Shown here: positions 47,237-62,047 of the stretch, piece by piece
Position numbering within the stretch: the first letter of the stretch is position 1
How the letters are laid out: each line of letters begins with the position of its first letter
Assembly (NCBI RefSeq): GCF_009914755.1
Contig: NC_060925.1
Reading direction: 5' to 3' (one strand)
DNA: 64,000 nucleotides
Origin: the human T2T-CHM13v2.0 reference genome, Homo sapiens
Notes under the pieces: model-generated
Databases searched by the model: none
What the model was told of the DNA's origin: nothing
Seen by the model: only the letters and a program-made list of their open reading frames with translations
Program-made: the position numbers and the translations under genes

Positions 47237-47254
47237 TTCTAGAATATTCTAGAA
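47237..47254. promoter_or_regulatory. Perfect 4-unit heat-shock element motif (candidate HSF1 site)
   Basis: TTCtaGAAtaTTCtaGAA, an 18-bp perfect palindrome; motif match only. Confidence 0.45.
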
Positions 47255-47696
47255 GGATATCTATTCTATTTGAACAGATTTGTATCTGTGTACCCATTAG
47301 AGAATACTCATAGACACATTTCTTCCCTGCTTATTAGTTAAGTCTGATTGTGGCTAATATTAAATCCAGAAAATGGTTATTGGGTGATGATTATAGCTCT
47401 TCTTGGAATAACACCAGTAATTACTTCAGGATTCTCTTCAGAATTCTTCCCACACTGTCTTGGCAATTGCAATTTATCACATCTCACATTCTAACCAGAT
47501 TTAGGATGGGCTTTTCATGTCCCTGTCCTGTTCTCTTCCATTGCTGCACCAGCCAGGGTCCCAGACAGCCCTTCCCTTCCTTTCCCCTGTAGATACTATG
47601 TCTGTTTGGCACATTGTAGGCAATTAGGGAGGGTGGAGTTATAGAAAAAGCTGCCCGTTGTTAGAATTCAGAACAGGTGGTAGATTATGAATCCAG

Positions 47697-50600
47697 ATAT
47701 TGAAAGTGAGGTAGTGAAGTCTCCTACTCTTACTGTATTGCAATCTATTTCTCCCTTCATATTCTTTCAGATTCTTTAATATTCACTTTATGTATTTAGG
47801 TGCTCCAATGTGCATACATGTTTACAAATGTTATATCCTCTTGATGGATTGACCCTTTTATCATTATATAATGTCCTTCTTTCTCTCTTTTTACAGGTTT
47901 TAACTTGAAGTCTGTTTTTTTTTTTTCTGATATAAGTACAGCTAAACTTCCTCTTATTTGGATTTCCATTTGCATGATTTTTTTTTCCATTTCTTCACTC
48001 TCAGATTATGCTTGTACTTAAACACAACAGTGAAGTGATTCTTCAGAACACAGCATACAGTTGGGTCTCCTTCAAGCCCATTCAGTCACTCCGTGTCTTT
48101 TTACTGGATAATTTAATCCATTTACATTGAAAGTAATTATTGATTGATAAGAATTTATTACTGCTATTTAAAAAAATTGTTTTCTGCTTGTTTTGTAGAT
48201 GCTGTTTTTTTTTTTCCCCTTCTCTCTCGCTGTTTTCCTTTGTGGTTTGATGGTTTTCTGTATTGGTAGGCTTTGAATTCTTTCTAATTTTTTTTGTGCG
48301 TCTACTATAAGTTTTTGCTTTGTGGTGACCATGAGGCTTACATAAACCATCTTACAACAGGCTGCTTCAAGCTGATAACAGCCTAACTTTGATTTCATAA
48401 AACAACTCTACAGCTTTACTCCTACCCCTATCATATTTTATGGCTTTGATATCATTTCATAATATGTATCTCTGATCATTTATTTTAGTTACAATTGTAA
48501 TTAATAGTTTTGTCTTTTAACTTCTGTGCTAGGGATAAAATTCTTTACACACCAACATTACTGTCCTAGTGTGTTCTGAATTTGGCTTTTCATTACTTCG
48601 AGAATTTGTGCTTTTTTAAGTTTTATTTTATTAATTGGTAGCCTTTTGTTTCAGCTTACTGAGCTCCCTTTAGCAATTCCTGTAAAACGGGCCTAGTGAT
48701 GATGACCTCCCTTAACTTTTGTTTGTCTAAGAATGTTTTTATTTCTCTCTCATTTCTTAAGGACTGTTTTGCTGGGTAAAGCATCTTTTTGTGGTTGTTG
48801 GCAGTTTTTTTTTTTCCTTCAGCACTTTGATTATATCATTCTATTCTCTTTTGGCTTGCAGGGCTTCTGCTGAGACATCTGCCAATAGTCACATTGAGAC
48901 ACCTTTATAAATGCTATGTTTCTTATCATTTACTGCTCTGAGAATTTTTTCTTTGTCTTTGATTTTTAATAGTTTAATTATTAGATGTCTTTCTGAACTC
49001 CTCTTGGTGTTAAATTTTATTGAGATTTCTGTACTTCCAGTACCTAGATGTTGGCATTTTTGCCCAGATTACAAGTTTCCAGCTATTATATGTTAAAATA
49101 TGCTTTCTGTTGTTTTCTCTTTCTTTTTTTTTCCTGAAATACATATTATGTGAAAGTTAGATCTCTTGATAGTGTCCCATAATTCCTGTAGGCTTTCTTC
49201 ATTCTTTGTCATTTTTTTTCTTTCTGTTTCTCTAACTTAATAATCTCAAATAGTCTGCCTTTGAGCTCATTGATTCTTTAGCTTGATTAAGCCTGCCCTC
49301 AAAGCTTTCTATTGCATTTCTTGGCTCATCATTGTACTCGTTACCTCTGAGATTTCTATATTTTTAAAAATTTTTTACCTGTTCCTTAGATAAATTTCTC
49401 AGTTGATTTCTGTATTCTTTTTCAAATTTTATGTAATTTTTTAATTGATATATTCTTGTAGTTCACTGACCTTGTTAAGGATTATTCTGAATTCTTTGTC
49501 ATTTCATACATCTCTTTCTTTAGGGTACATTGTTGTAGCTTCATTAGTTTCCTTTGGATGTGTTATAATTTCCTGAGTCTTTGTAATCCTTGTATTCTTG
49601 TATGCTTGTGCATTTAAGGAGACAGCCACCTCTTTTGGCTTTTACAGGTGTTCTTCAGCAGGGAGAGACCTATACTATTTAATCTAGCCTGTAATTCTCT
49701 ATGGGCTAGCTGGTAATGACCCTGAGCAGGCATAGCTTGCCCTGTGGTTCTCTAGATAGATGGACTGCTGCCTTTTCTCTGAGTTCAGGTGGGGAAGCAG
49801 CTGGGCTCTGCTTTCTGGCAAGACCACTGACTAAGCTCTGTTATCAGGCTGCATTGCTGTATGGACACTGCAGTCAGTTCTGATCTGGCTGGACCACAGG
49901 GTGTATTTCCTTGCCAGATGTTATTTTAGCTCAGCAGTTGAGCAGGGTTGCAGGAGAGGCTCCAAATTCAGGTGGAGTTGCTGACCTGGAGGGATGTGAC
50001 CAACTACTCTGCTCAGTAGAAATTCACGGTTGAAGTTTGTCTCTGCTTCGGTAGGCCCTCAGGGTGGGCTTTGAGGCTTGTCTGAGCACTGTTCAAACTA
50101 CTGGATGTGGCAGAATTAGCCCCTACATTTTTCTGAAATGCACGGTGGTGGTAGTCTGTCTCCTTGGGCTGAGTATGAAGCTGGTCCTGGAGGCTGACGG
50201 TCTAGGGATTCTAGCCAGGTTGAACTTCCCACACTTCTGGGAGCCACCAGCTTGGTTTTATAAGATGGATTATGCTGTTTCCTGTTACCTCTCCTCAGGT
50301 GCCGTTGCTGGCAGGGACACAGAGGTACCATCAAGATCTGTGAGCTGGTCACTATGGGCTCTGTCTCCTTGCTTTGTTTTTACCTGATCCCAAGTGGTCT
50401 AGCTGTGCCATTTCCTCCCATTCTCTGTAAGCTGAGACCAGAATGGGCTTCCTGGAAAAAGCATTTCATAATGTTCGGGAAGCTGGGTGTCTACCTCTAG
50501 TTCTCTTTCCCATTGTAGAAGCTGGACCTCGGGGAATTATTGTGTGGCACTGTGCTGACTTGGGGGAGAGGGACTTGGGTCTCATCCAAATGAGACCATT

Positions 50601-50780
50601 TCTCTCACCCATTAATAAGTTTTTATTCAGTTCTGTGGATGACAAAGATGATTTGGGCTTATTACCAACTTTTGGGATTTCAAGCAACACATTTTTAACC
50701 GTGAATAGTTGCTTGTTGAACTTTCTGTGGGGGTAGTGAAGTCTGAGACCTCCTATTTCACCATCTTACTGACATTCTCT
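47697..50780 (-). mobile_element. L1M (L1M3/4-like) 5' portion: 5'UTR, ORF1 and start of ORF2, decayed
   Basis: Minus ORF KEGHYIMIKGSIHQEDITFVNMYA (L1 endonuclease); ttcagcactttga..ttctgctgag; ctcctatttcaccatcttactgac at the 5' end. Confidence 0.8.
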
Positions 50781-51675
50781 TCATACTCTTTAAAAATATT
50801 TTTAAAAAACTTCAAAAATAAGAATTTATATATTGTATCTTAAGCACTAATTTTTAGTGAATCTTAACTGCTTATAAGACCTTTATTTCTTCCTTTTATG
50901 ATATAATTTTACTGATGTGGTGGCTAGTTGTACATATCACCTTAAGTGCTTCACTATCTTTTTTAAAACATATATACTCCATTCTTCACAAGGCACTTTT
51001 TCTCTTTGTCTCCAATACTTCCCCTTAAAGAAAGACTTTGACTCCTTTGCTCACTGGGGTTTTATTTCCAAAGCTATCTAGATAGGTATTTAATGCAAGT
51101 GAGGCATAGCAATTTTTAAATTTTGGATGAGGATGGAAGACTTCATATTGTGTATATAAGTGGAATGTCCCTTTATCCTCCTTTCTACCCTCTTGTTACT
51201 CACAGTAAGTTAAACATCAGGCTTCACTTGGCAGATTCTCTGACAGTTCCTTTGGCATGGAGAGCTGAGCCTATTTGGGAATTCTTGAAGTGGCTCTAAA
51301 AAATGGTCAGTTCCAAATCCACCTGCAATTCTGAATAGGTCTGTGAATATACAGACTTTTTATTTGTACATATTTTAAACTGGATTTTCAAAAATCAGAG
51401 CATTATGTCTGCATTATGTTAATTTGAATATATAGTTGGAAAAAGTCCTCACATGGTTGCTGTTATTGACATCTTAATTGTGTACCAGAAACCCAGGGAG
51501 TTGTGATGATTCCTGAGGTCTTGAGGCCAAATAACTTCAAATACCTCTAAGTTTTCTGGGACAAGAAAAACATTAAAAAACAAAGTGTGGATGAGTACTA
51601 CTGATTTGCTTTCTGATTTAGGTGAAAACTATTTTCAGTGATGATGCACGTGTTACTTGAAGTCAATGTTTCTGA

Positions 51676-51991
<316 letters not shown>

Positions 51992-54624
51992 CTGAGTCTG
52001 TATCTTGATGCACGTGAGATACTATGGAAAGTCCTTGGATGGAAATTATAACAAAAAAAAAAAAAAAAAGAAATTGCCTATTTGTAACTGTTAACTTGAG
52101 TGTTAAACCTGTACTAATTTGATTTTAGGGTAGAGGAGATGAGAAGGTAGAATAAAGAAAAATAAATGAAAGGTAGAATTAGTGGAAGAGTGGAATTAAG
52201 GTCATCAACATAAATATGTAACAGCATTAAAATAGCAAATCAATGATGTATATATAATTACTGCCTGTGTGTATGTTGATGCAGTTGTTTTGATCTGAAT
52301 CTATCTTTAGATGGAGTGCAGATATTTTCATCCAGAAGTTCTTAGATGATGTGTTCCAATCACTTTATAGAGTGGCTTCTTCTTCAGTAAGTTGAGAGGT
52401 ATCCTTGGAGGACAGTGATGTATAACACCACATATGAACAGTTGCTAAATAGGTCCTTTTAAATGTTATCATATTCTAGACCAAAATTAAAATTTAGGAC
52501 ATCCAAATAAACATTCAAGGCTCTCCTCTCCCAGTTGGGAATTACTATAATTATTCAGTCTCATTGCACATTTCGATCTGCTCATTGAACTACTGACAGT
52601 GCTTCAGTTCCCTGAACTTAGCATGCAGGCTATAGCAGCGTTGAGGTAAAATAAGACTTTCCTAAATTAGATATAGTTTTTGTGCTTTATTCTTAAAAAC
52701 TGACAGAATATTATTTTGAGATTTTTCTCTGGGTCTATTACTTCAGATATTCTAATTATAATGGTCAAGTCCTCTTTCAAAATGGCTCACAGAACTGAAG
52801 GTGTCTTATTCATTGCATAAGAGGCTTTATAGGGAAATAACAGAGTAGGCAGTCTTATCATATAATAAATATGGGTCTGTCATATTTCATATTGTATAAT
52901 AATAAGTAGATGGGATAGTATATTTGCAATGTGGCCCAGGTAATCTAAGAATATTACTGTTTATTTCCTCATTTATGATTTTTGTCTTTTTTAAAATAAT
53001 CTTTTTCATGTGTTTTGGGTAAGAAAATGACTCCAATTTGGTTAATAGCTATAACAATTCATGTTTATATTCTAGGAATAATTCCAAATCCCAAAATAAA
53101 TAAATAACTTTAGTCTTTAGATTGAAGATAGAAAGTGAATCATAATTTTCACAAAAAAACACTTTCAACTAACCTAATTCTTATCTCAGTTCCTCTAACT
53201 TTTGAATAATAGGTACGGAAAAATAAGAAAATCATTTTTCTTGAAAGAAATTGATATTTTGTACTCAGCTAATATCTCCAAACCATCTTAGTAACATACA
53301 AAATCTTCTTAATCAATACTTTGTACTTGAAACACATAATTAGTTTCTATGTTTAGGAACTATGTAACAAGTTTACCTCTGGCATTCAAGAGTTTTCACA
53401 ACATGAGACAATTTCATATGTTTTTCATCTTCACAACTGTACTCTATTATTTAATTGACAGGCCTTACAACTTCTGCAGACAAGGATCCTGAGAAATGTT
53501 GATTGGATTGCTTAAGATGACATGGGGATCCAGTAACTTGGGGATGGTGGCTAACATTTAGCTTTGCTTATTTAACCTCATAAAACTGTTGTGTGAATCA
53601 GCTCAAATAAAGTATTGAATGTGGAAGAGCATTGGGAACTGTAAAGTTCTGTACCTTTTTCTCTTTCCATCCTCTTATCTCCTCTTCATAAGTAATATCT
53701 ATGGGTTATATTGCTATACATTTTAAAGCTATGTAGGGCCATATATCTTTTGCCATACAGAAACTTTTGGAACAAATTTTCTTTTTTTCTGGTTCCATAA
53801 TGAAAACATTATACATCATAAAGGAAGACAGCACTTGCTGCTTGATAGCAGATGGTGAGTGTGTATTTTTGTTGACTGTAGGGGCAGGGATGGGTGTTGT
53901 CATTCACCCACTCCTGAACATGAGTGTCATGAAGTTACAAAGGCCTCCTTTGCTGGGCAGTCAAGAGGAGAAGCTAGTGCAGAGCAGAGAGCAAAGCTAG
54001 CAGCCACGTGGCAGGCAACTCCACACCGTCTCCTATGGCATATTTCAGCCACTTTGGGGTGCCCTAAGAAGGCTATTTTTATGAGTATTTTGGAAGCACC
54101 TCCTTGCAGAGTAGACCCTCCCTCACTGAACTGAGTATCAGCAACTCAGCAAATAGTTCTTAGCTAGAAAGGGAAGTAGGTGTAAGTACTACATCTTCAT
54201 TCTGACTTACCAATAACTTTTACTCGTCTGTATTTCTATTTTGTTTTGCATTTGTCTATGGAGAATTAATTTTACCAGAGGGTGTTAGAGAATACACTCT
54301 GTATTTTTATATATACAAAAAATATACAAAATATATTTTGTAAATAACTCTCTACCTATTGTTTGCATTAGGCAGTACTCTCTTTCACAAGAGAAATTCC
54401 CTTGACCTTGCTGTCAAAAGGGCTATTTTCAAATCTGAGCTGCCAAACAGCAGGTCTGGTTGTGGATGATAACTTTTATGAGGAGGAAATAGAGTTGAAT
54501 ATGCCTGTAATTCTTAAACTCCCTATCATTACCAATACACTGTATTTCATTTCCATTTTTTTCTAATTGAATTAGTATACAATTAGCTTCATAGACACTT
54601 TTATGTCTGTTTCAGCATTAAAAG

Positions 54625-54900
54625 CATACTAGTAATAGGCGATACTTTTATAGCACTTGCTTCGAACTACATGCCAGGCCCTTAACCAAGTACTTCATAC
54701 ATATAATTAAGTCATTTAACTCTCTCAACAATTCATGGGGTAAGTATTGTAATTATCAAACCACTTTTATAGAATAGAAAACTAAGACACAGCCAGTTAA
54801 AGTAACTTGCCCAAGGTCAAACAAGTAGCAATTTCTGAATGAATTAGAAGCCTACAAAGGATCAAGAGTCCTTCATTTCTACTGCTATGGTAAACTGCCT
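54625..54900 (-). mobile_element. MIR
   Basis: tgccaggccctt..tcatttaactctctcaacaa..gaaactaagacac..gttaaagtaacttgcccaaggtca. Confidence 0.75.
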
Positions 54901-55399
54901 TGAATGCTTTGGAGAACTTTCATGCTGATAACTCATGGGCTAGGATTTCAAAAGCTAAACATTTTAGGAGAATTCAAATTGCGCCATGTGTTATTTAATT
55001 CATCACTGAGCAAATTAAATTTCAATGAGAGAAAGCTCTTTGACCATTATTTTGATTTACGATTTTTTTCCTGAACTTCATATAATATTGTATTTTCATT
55101 TTCATTTTTCACTGTTAATATAATATGCCCACACTACAAAATGTTTGAGAACTATGAACAAAATCAATACAAATGCAATCAGTATAACATGTTGATGGTT
55201 TTGTTTTTATTAAACCACTTGTAGTGTTTATCTCTTGGCATACTTATGTCTTATAAATGTAACCATAATGTATATGTGAATTTTGGGAGCTATTTCCTAT
55301 AAATACTGTAATATAAATTGGTTATTCCCAACTTTTTCCTATAATGAAAAACAAAGAAATTATATTTGTACAATAGAATATAAATATTTCAGCACGTCT

Positions 55400-55925
55400 A
55401 TAGCCTTTCACAACTTACTAGTTTCTCTTTCCCAACATAGGTTGGGATACTTTGTTCCTTTCCCATGAATGCAGTGGTATTGTTTGACTGATCGACCAAT
55501 AGAATATAGTGGAAGTTAGGATATGCTAATTTCAAGAATCAAGTCTTTAAAATCTGTTAGCTTCTGCTTCCTGTTTATTTAAACACTCTCTCTGGGACCT
55601 CCTGAGATTCCATTTAAGAAGTCCAACTCCCCTGAGACTGTAATGCTCAAGAGGCCAAATGTAGATACTCCAGCTACAGACACAACTGAGTGCAGTCTTC
55701 CAGCCATCCCTGCCAAGAGATGTGCGCAAAGCCATTCTGGACTCTTCAGACCAGCCAGCTCATCAGCTGGGTATTGTATTAATTAAAATCAAGTGGAGCA
55801 GAAGCAAAGCTCAGCTGAGCGTTTCCCAAATTTCATCCAGAAATTGTGAGCTTTAATAAAATGGTTGTTTTCAACCACTATGTTTTGGAGGTAATTTGTT
55901 TTACAGCCATAGCTAATCAGAAGAC
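55400..55925 (+). mobile_element. MaLR LTR, MLT1G/H-like
   Basis: gaccaatagaatatagtggaagt, aagaagtccaactcccctgagact, aataaaatggttgttt..gtaatttgttttacagccatagctaa. Confidence 0.75.
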
Positions 55926-56544
55926 TTGATATATCTCTCCTTTACGGTGGCTACTTCACTTCCAACTTGTTTGCATAGACTTATTGATGCTGGAAAGCAG
56001 GACGTATAATGGTCCTAAGAGAGGAATGTATTCTAAATTTGCCTTTGTGGGAACTTCTGCATTGGAATTTTCAAAGGTGGCAGAAAGGCCAGTCAGCCAG
56101 TAGATGAATACTACATTGGGTGGTAAAAGAAATCAAAGGAGTCTCAGATCGCTTAACTGTTATTAGTTTTGGTTTGGTTTGGTTTTCAGGAAAATTATAA
56201 CAACGCCCTTTCAGTAAGTTTGGCTGAAGGAAGACATTTCGTATTTTTTTGGTGATACAGATAAAAACAAGAAGATACAAGGCTGATCATGTATTTGAGA
56301 TGAAGAAGACCAGAGCCTGTTCTCTTTTGGAGAGTTGATAAATATTTGTGAATTTATGGCTGTGTTGAGCAAAGTTGAAAGGAGAGAAGGATAAAAATCG
56401 ACCCATAGCTAGGATTAATTTTAATGATTTCCATACCATCTATTGGTGTTTGAAATTGTTATGATTAAAAGAGAAATCATAAAAGATAACATTTTTAAAA
56501 TTATCATAGAATAATTTACTTTATGTCTTTCTTCAACATTGCTT

Positions 56545-57195
56545 CTTTATCAACATTTGCTAACCCAATAAATGTTTTGGTAGTTTTATAAGAGACAAAT
56601 ACACAGTATTGAGCAAAACGCAATTATTTCTGCCCTTAAGGGACTTACAGCTTAGTGAAGGAGACAATAATTATACAAATAAGTGCACATATGACCGTGC
56701 ACACATAGTACTAACTAAAAGCTAAATTGCTATGAAAGACAAAAAACCCAAATGGAGAATATCTAAGAAGTTGGGTGGAGGGATTATTATGTTGTGAGGT
56801 TTTAGAAAGAGCTTCTCTGAGGAAAGTACTCAAGTTTGAACAGAGACCTGGAGGATGAATAGAATTTAGTCAAATGAAAAGTAAAGTGAATGATGATGAT
56901 TCCTTGCAGGAGAAATATGTGTGACGATCTGAAGGTAATGAAGAGCTTAAGACACTGGAGGAATCCGAAAATGTCCAGTGTGAAGGGAACAAAGTGAGAT
57001 CAGGAGACAGTGGTTCTGGATGAGGTGGGAGGGCAGGCAGGCACCAGATCTCTTAGGGCCTTGTAGGCCATGGCAAGAATTGGATTATTGTAAGTGTAGC
57101 AGACTTTATCGAAGAATTTTAAGAAGGGGACACATAAGTCCCGGGTTTGCTAATCTCTCTGGTAGCTACAAGGAGAATAGCTTGGATGAGGGTGA
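56545..57195 (-). mobile_element. L2 fragment
   Basis: ctgcccttaagggacttacagcttagtg, agagacctggaggatgaatag, agggccttgtaggccatggcaag. Confidence 0.7.
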
Positions 57196-57224
57196 GTTAG
57201 CACATATTGTAATATTTATATGAA

Positions 57225-57330
57225 TTCACGATCTGACTCAGCAGGTCTGGAATAAGGTTCAAGAGTCTGCGTTTCAATAGGTGCCAGGTGATACCAATGC
57301 TGCTGGTCCTTGAACCACATTTTACATAAG
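57225..57330. mobile_element. MER5A fragment
   Basis: tctgactcagcaggtctgg..ccaggtgataccaatgctgctggtccttgaaccacattt. Confidence 0.7.
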
Positions 57331-58718
57331 TGATGCAGGCAGCAGTAGAGAAATTTCCCCGAAGCCTTACCCTTCCTGTCTATTGAGACAAAAGCAGCTA
57401 TTTATCCCCTAAATATCTTTTCAGTAACCTTGAGTGAGTTGACCTTCTCCATGTTTTTGTTTCCCTATTTTAAGAGACTGCTTACATTTTATCAAAAATG
57501 AAAGAAATATAATTTTCTTCTAGGCAATCTTTTTTTCTTTTTTTCTTTTTTTTGGTGGGATGGAGAAAAATGCACCTCTTTTTGTCCGATTTTGTTCTCA
57601 CTGAATTCTAATTTTAGAATTAATACTTAATGTTTTTCCTTGTTTTCTCCTGTATAAAAATATTCACTTACATTAATTCCCCCAACATGAGGATCTTTGC
57701 TTGGACATTGAAACAATTAAATTTAAAACCTCTGCAGGATAGATGTAATGATTGTATAATTCACATCCCACACAAAACTAATTTCCCATTATGAGAGATT
57801 GCTTCCTTAAAACACATGACTTAAGTAACATTATTAAATTAAAATGCATATTATGCAAATGTGACATATTTGGAAAATGTCACTTAAACCATCTATTTTT
57901 CTTAAATATATTTTGATTGTTAAAAGGTTACCATATTAATAAGTAGCTGTCTATATAGTGGCTAAATGGGTCAATGTGAGGATTAAATGAAATAAATAAT
58001 GCTGTATAACAGCATTTAGAAAAGGATCAGTCTCATGGTACCTCTGTGTAATTAGATCCCATTTTCATTACTGTAACAGTTTGAGTCTATGGTTGTAATT
58101 AAGATAATAAATCTAAATTTTACCTTATAGTATTTGTTGTAAGTAAAAAGCCACACTGGACAAAAATATTTACTACAGTTTAAAAATATATTTTAATTAT
58201 TATTGTATGATGCCTATTTTGGCAGCTTAATGGTATTTTCTTTCTAAATTAGTCCAGGACTAATAATTGCAAAGACTGATTTACTCAATGTCAAAAAAAA
58301 TAGAATGTCTGCAGCAGTTATTCAGAAACTTTGATGATATATACATTTTGCATTTCCTCTCAATCTGATTTTACTTTTTGCTATGGAATCTAAAAATACT
58401 AAAGAAAATCCCTCTGAGCTATGCGTATTTACCTGAAATAGTCAGAGTGGAGTCATATTTTTGATGTAGTGTAAGGCTGCCTTGCCCCCAAATATCTCCC
58501 ACAATATCTGTTTGTATGCCATCGTATCAGTTTCCCTGTGCTATCTGAAATTCCACCACTGACAGACATGTTAATTTTCCTCTTAACACCTAAAGGAGGT
58601 CCGTCAAATGGCAGGGAGGAGGAGGTAAGAAAGGATTTGGTAATGAAGAAGGGCAAGGTAGGCCTGGGATCCTTGGTGAAGCTCCCCGGGCTGCTTGCAG
58701 GCAGTACTAGGCTGATGA

Positions 58719-59142
<424 letters not shown>

Positions 59143-59598
59143 AACACTCTCCATTCTTACACAGACATTATTCATTTTCAATTATAATGGTCCTTCTCTT
59201 TTCAGCACAAAGCAATTAGCAGGGTCACGGAAGGGCCATGAGATGGAGAGAGGTGGCTATGGTGGCTTCCAGGTGGCATGCCTACGGATATGAGGTTCAA
59301 AGCAAGAGATGATGTGGGAGGTGTAAAGACCCCACCCCCCCCCCACCCAGCAGTTTGCCTACCAATGTCTGAGGGTGCAGAGCTCTGTGGTAGGCAGCCT
59401 GCTGGCCTTGAGATAAAAGGCAGCCTGCCGGCCTTGATCATGTTAGTTAATGTAGTGAAGATGATGAAGAGAACCAGGTTTAACACTGTTAGAGAAGGTA
59501 TTTACAAACAAGGCTAAAAAGAATCATGAAGTTTTGGATTAAAATTGGAGGTATTGATAGGAACTCATTGTTAAAAGTATATACCTATAGATATTTAG

Positions 59599-60025
<427 letters not shown>

Positions 60026-60863
60026 TAGAAGCAATGAGCACAGTAAACACAGAGCACATTGTACACTGAAGGAACCAGGGCTCTTTGGAGAAATTGTTGA
60101 TTAGTTGGCTAGGGCATGGAAAATTCAAAATAAGCTTGGAATATCTTATTGTGCCAGAAAGTAAGAAAATGCTGAAAAAATGATAGAAACATGTCATGAT
60201 ATGTGAGCCACTTTGAAGGCCTCCACTGGCCAAATTCGGGACAATTGGAATCTCAAAATAGATAATAATAGTGATGGGATATAATCTATTGAATAAAATA
60301 GAAATCTATAGGTCTATACTGATATAACTAAATGAATGAATCAATAAATAATTGGGGGAAAAGAAAAGCTCTTCCTTACGGTAGAATGCTACTAATCAAT
60401 GTAAAAAAAATTGATGAAATGGGAAAACACCACTTGCCCACCATCATTGTGGTAATTGATTCAGGAGAGGGTTGTCAATGCAGGCCAAGGCTGGTGAGTG
60501 GAGGTTAGATGAGGAACAGGATATTAACATAGTCCTGGACTAGCTCCCTATAAAATTGAATATATCAGTTACCAGGAGGAAAAATGTGACATTGTGGAGA
60601 AACCTAGTTAAAAAAACATGACCACTGATTTAAGGTTAACTACTTCACTGGCAGGTTGTATTAACATCAAGGGCCCCTGATGTGCAGCTTGGAGAAAAGT
60701 GCACAATTTCTGTGTTGTTGTTTTTCAACCAAGAAAGCATGACCTGAGTCTAGTAATTAGGAAACCTCAGGTCAAGTTCCAGTTTTTCCAGTTCAACCAA
60801 TAATATTTAAAAACTGTGATGCTCAAGAAGAATATAGAAAGATTCAGGAAATCTTCCAGTTAG

Positions 60864-61330
<467 letters not shown>

Positions 61331-61425
61331 TCAGTTATGATTTCCTAACTTGAGGGTTGTCTGGTGACGGTGATGGGACATCAGGACTGCAACTTGCTCA
61401 AATTGTTTTTTAAAAATGCTAGTAG

Positions 61426-61502
61426 CACACAATTTACCCATGTAACAAACCCGCACCTGTAGTCCCTGAATCTAAAATAAAAGTTGAAAGAAAGAAAAAA
61501 AA
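61426..61502 (+). mobile_element. L1PA/PB 3' terminal fragment
   Basis: acacaatttacccatgtaacaaacccgcac..ccctgaatctaaaataaaagttgaa followed by A-tail. Confidence 0.85.
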
Positions 61503-62047
61503 GGTAATAATGGACACACACAAACACACGTAGTAGTGTGTGAAAGAAGAGAGTTAACACCTGGGAAATTCTTTGTACAATCTACTTAAAACAAGGTGCT
61601 ATTGACTGAGACCTATATGTGCAATGGTGACTTGAAAATCTAACTGAGGATCAATAGTCATTACTGCATTTCAGCACAATGTGTACGTATTTTTGTTAGC
61701 ATTTGCTCTATTCTCTGCAATGCCTTTCCTTATTTCTGACTCAGTTTTTAAATTGGATCTGAAGCCTTCTTGACAATGTGACTGTATTTCTTGAAGGTGT
61801 GATCCATCAGACTCTGACCTTTCCCAGCCATACACAGGCCAAAGTGTGTGAGGTTATTTCTGTGGACTCGTAATGGTATATTCCTCACTTCGTGGCTGGT
61901 AATCGCTACATTACAGCTGTAAAAGACTTGCTGGGGTTGAAATTGAATGTTGAAGCTGGAAGAAAACCTATGAGATGTTGTAATCTAACCCATTCATTTT
62001 TTGCTGAGCATCGTGGGCCCCAGAGAGGTCAAGTAATTATCCTAACA

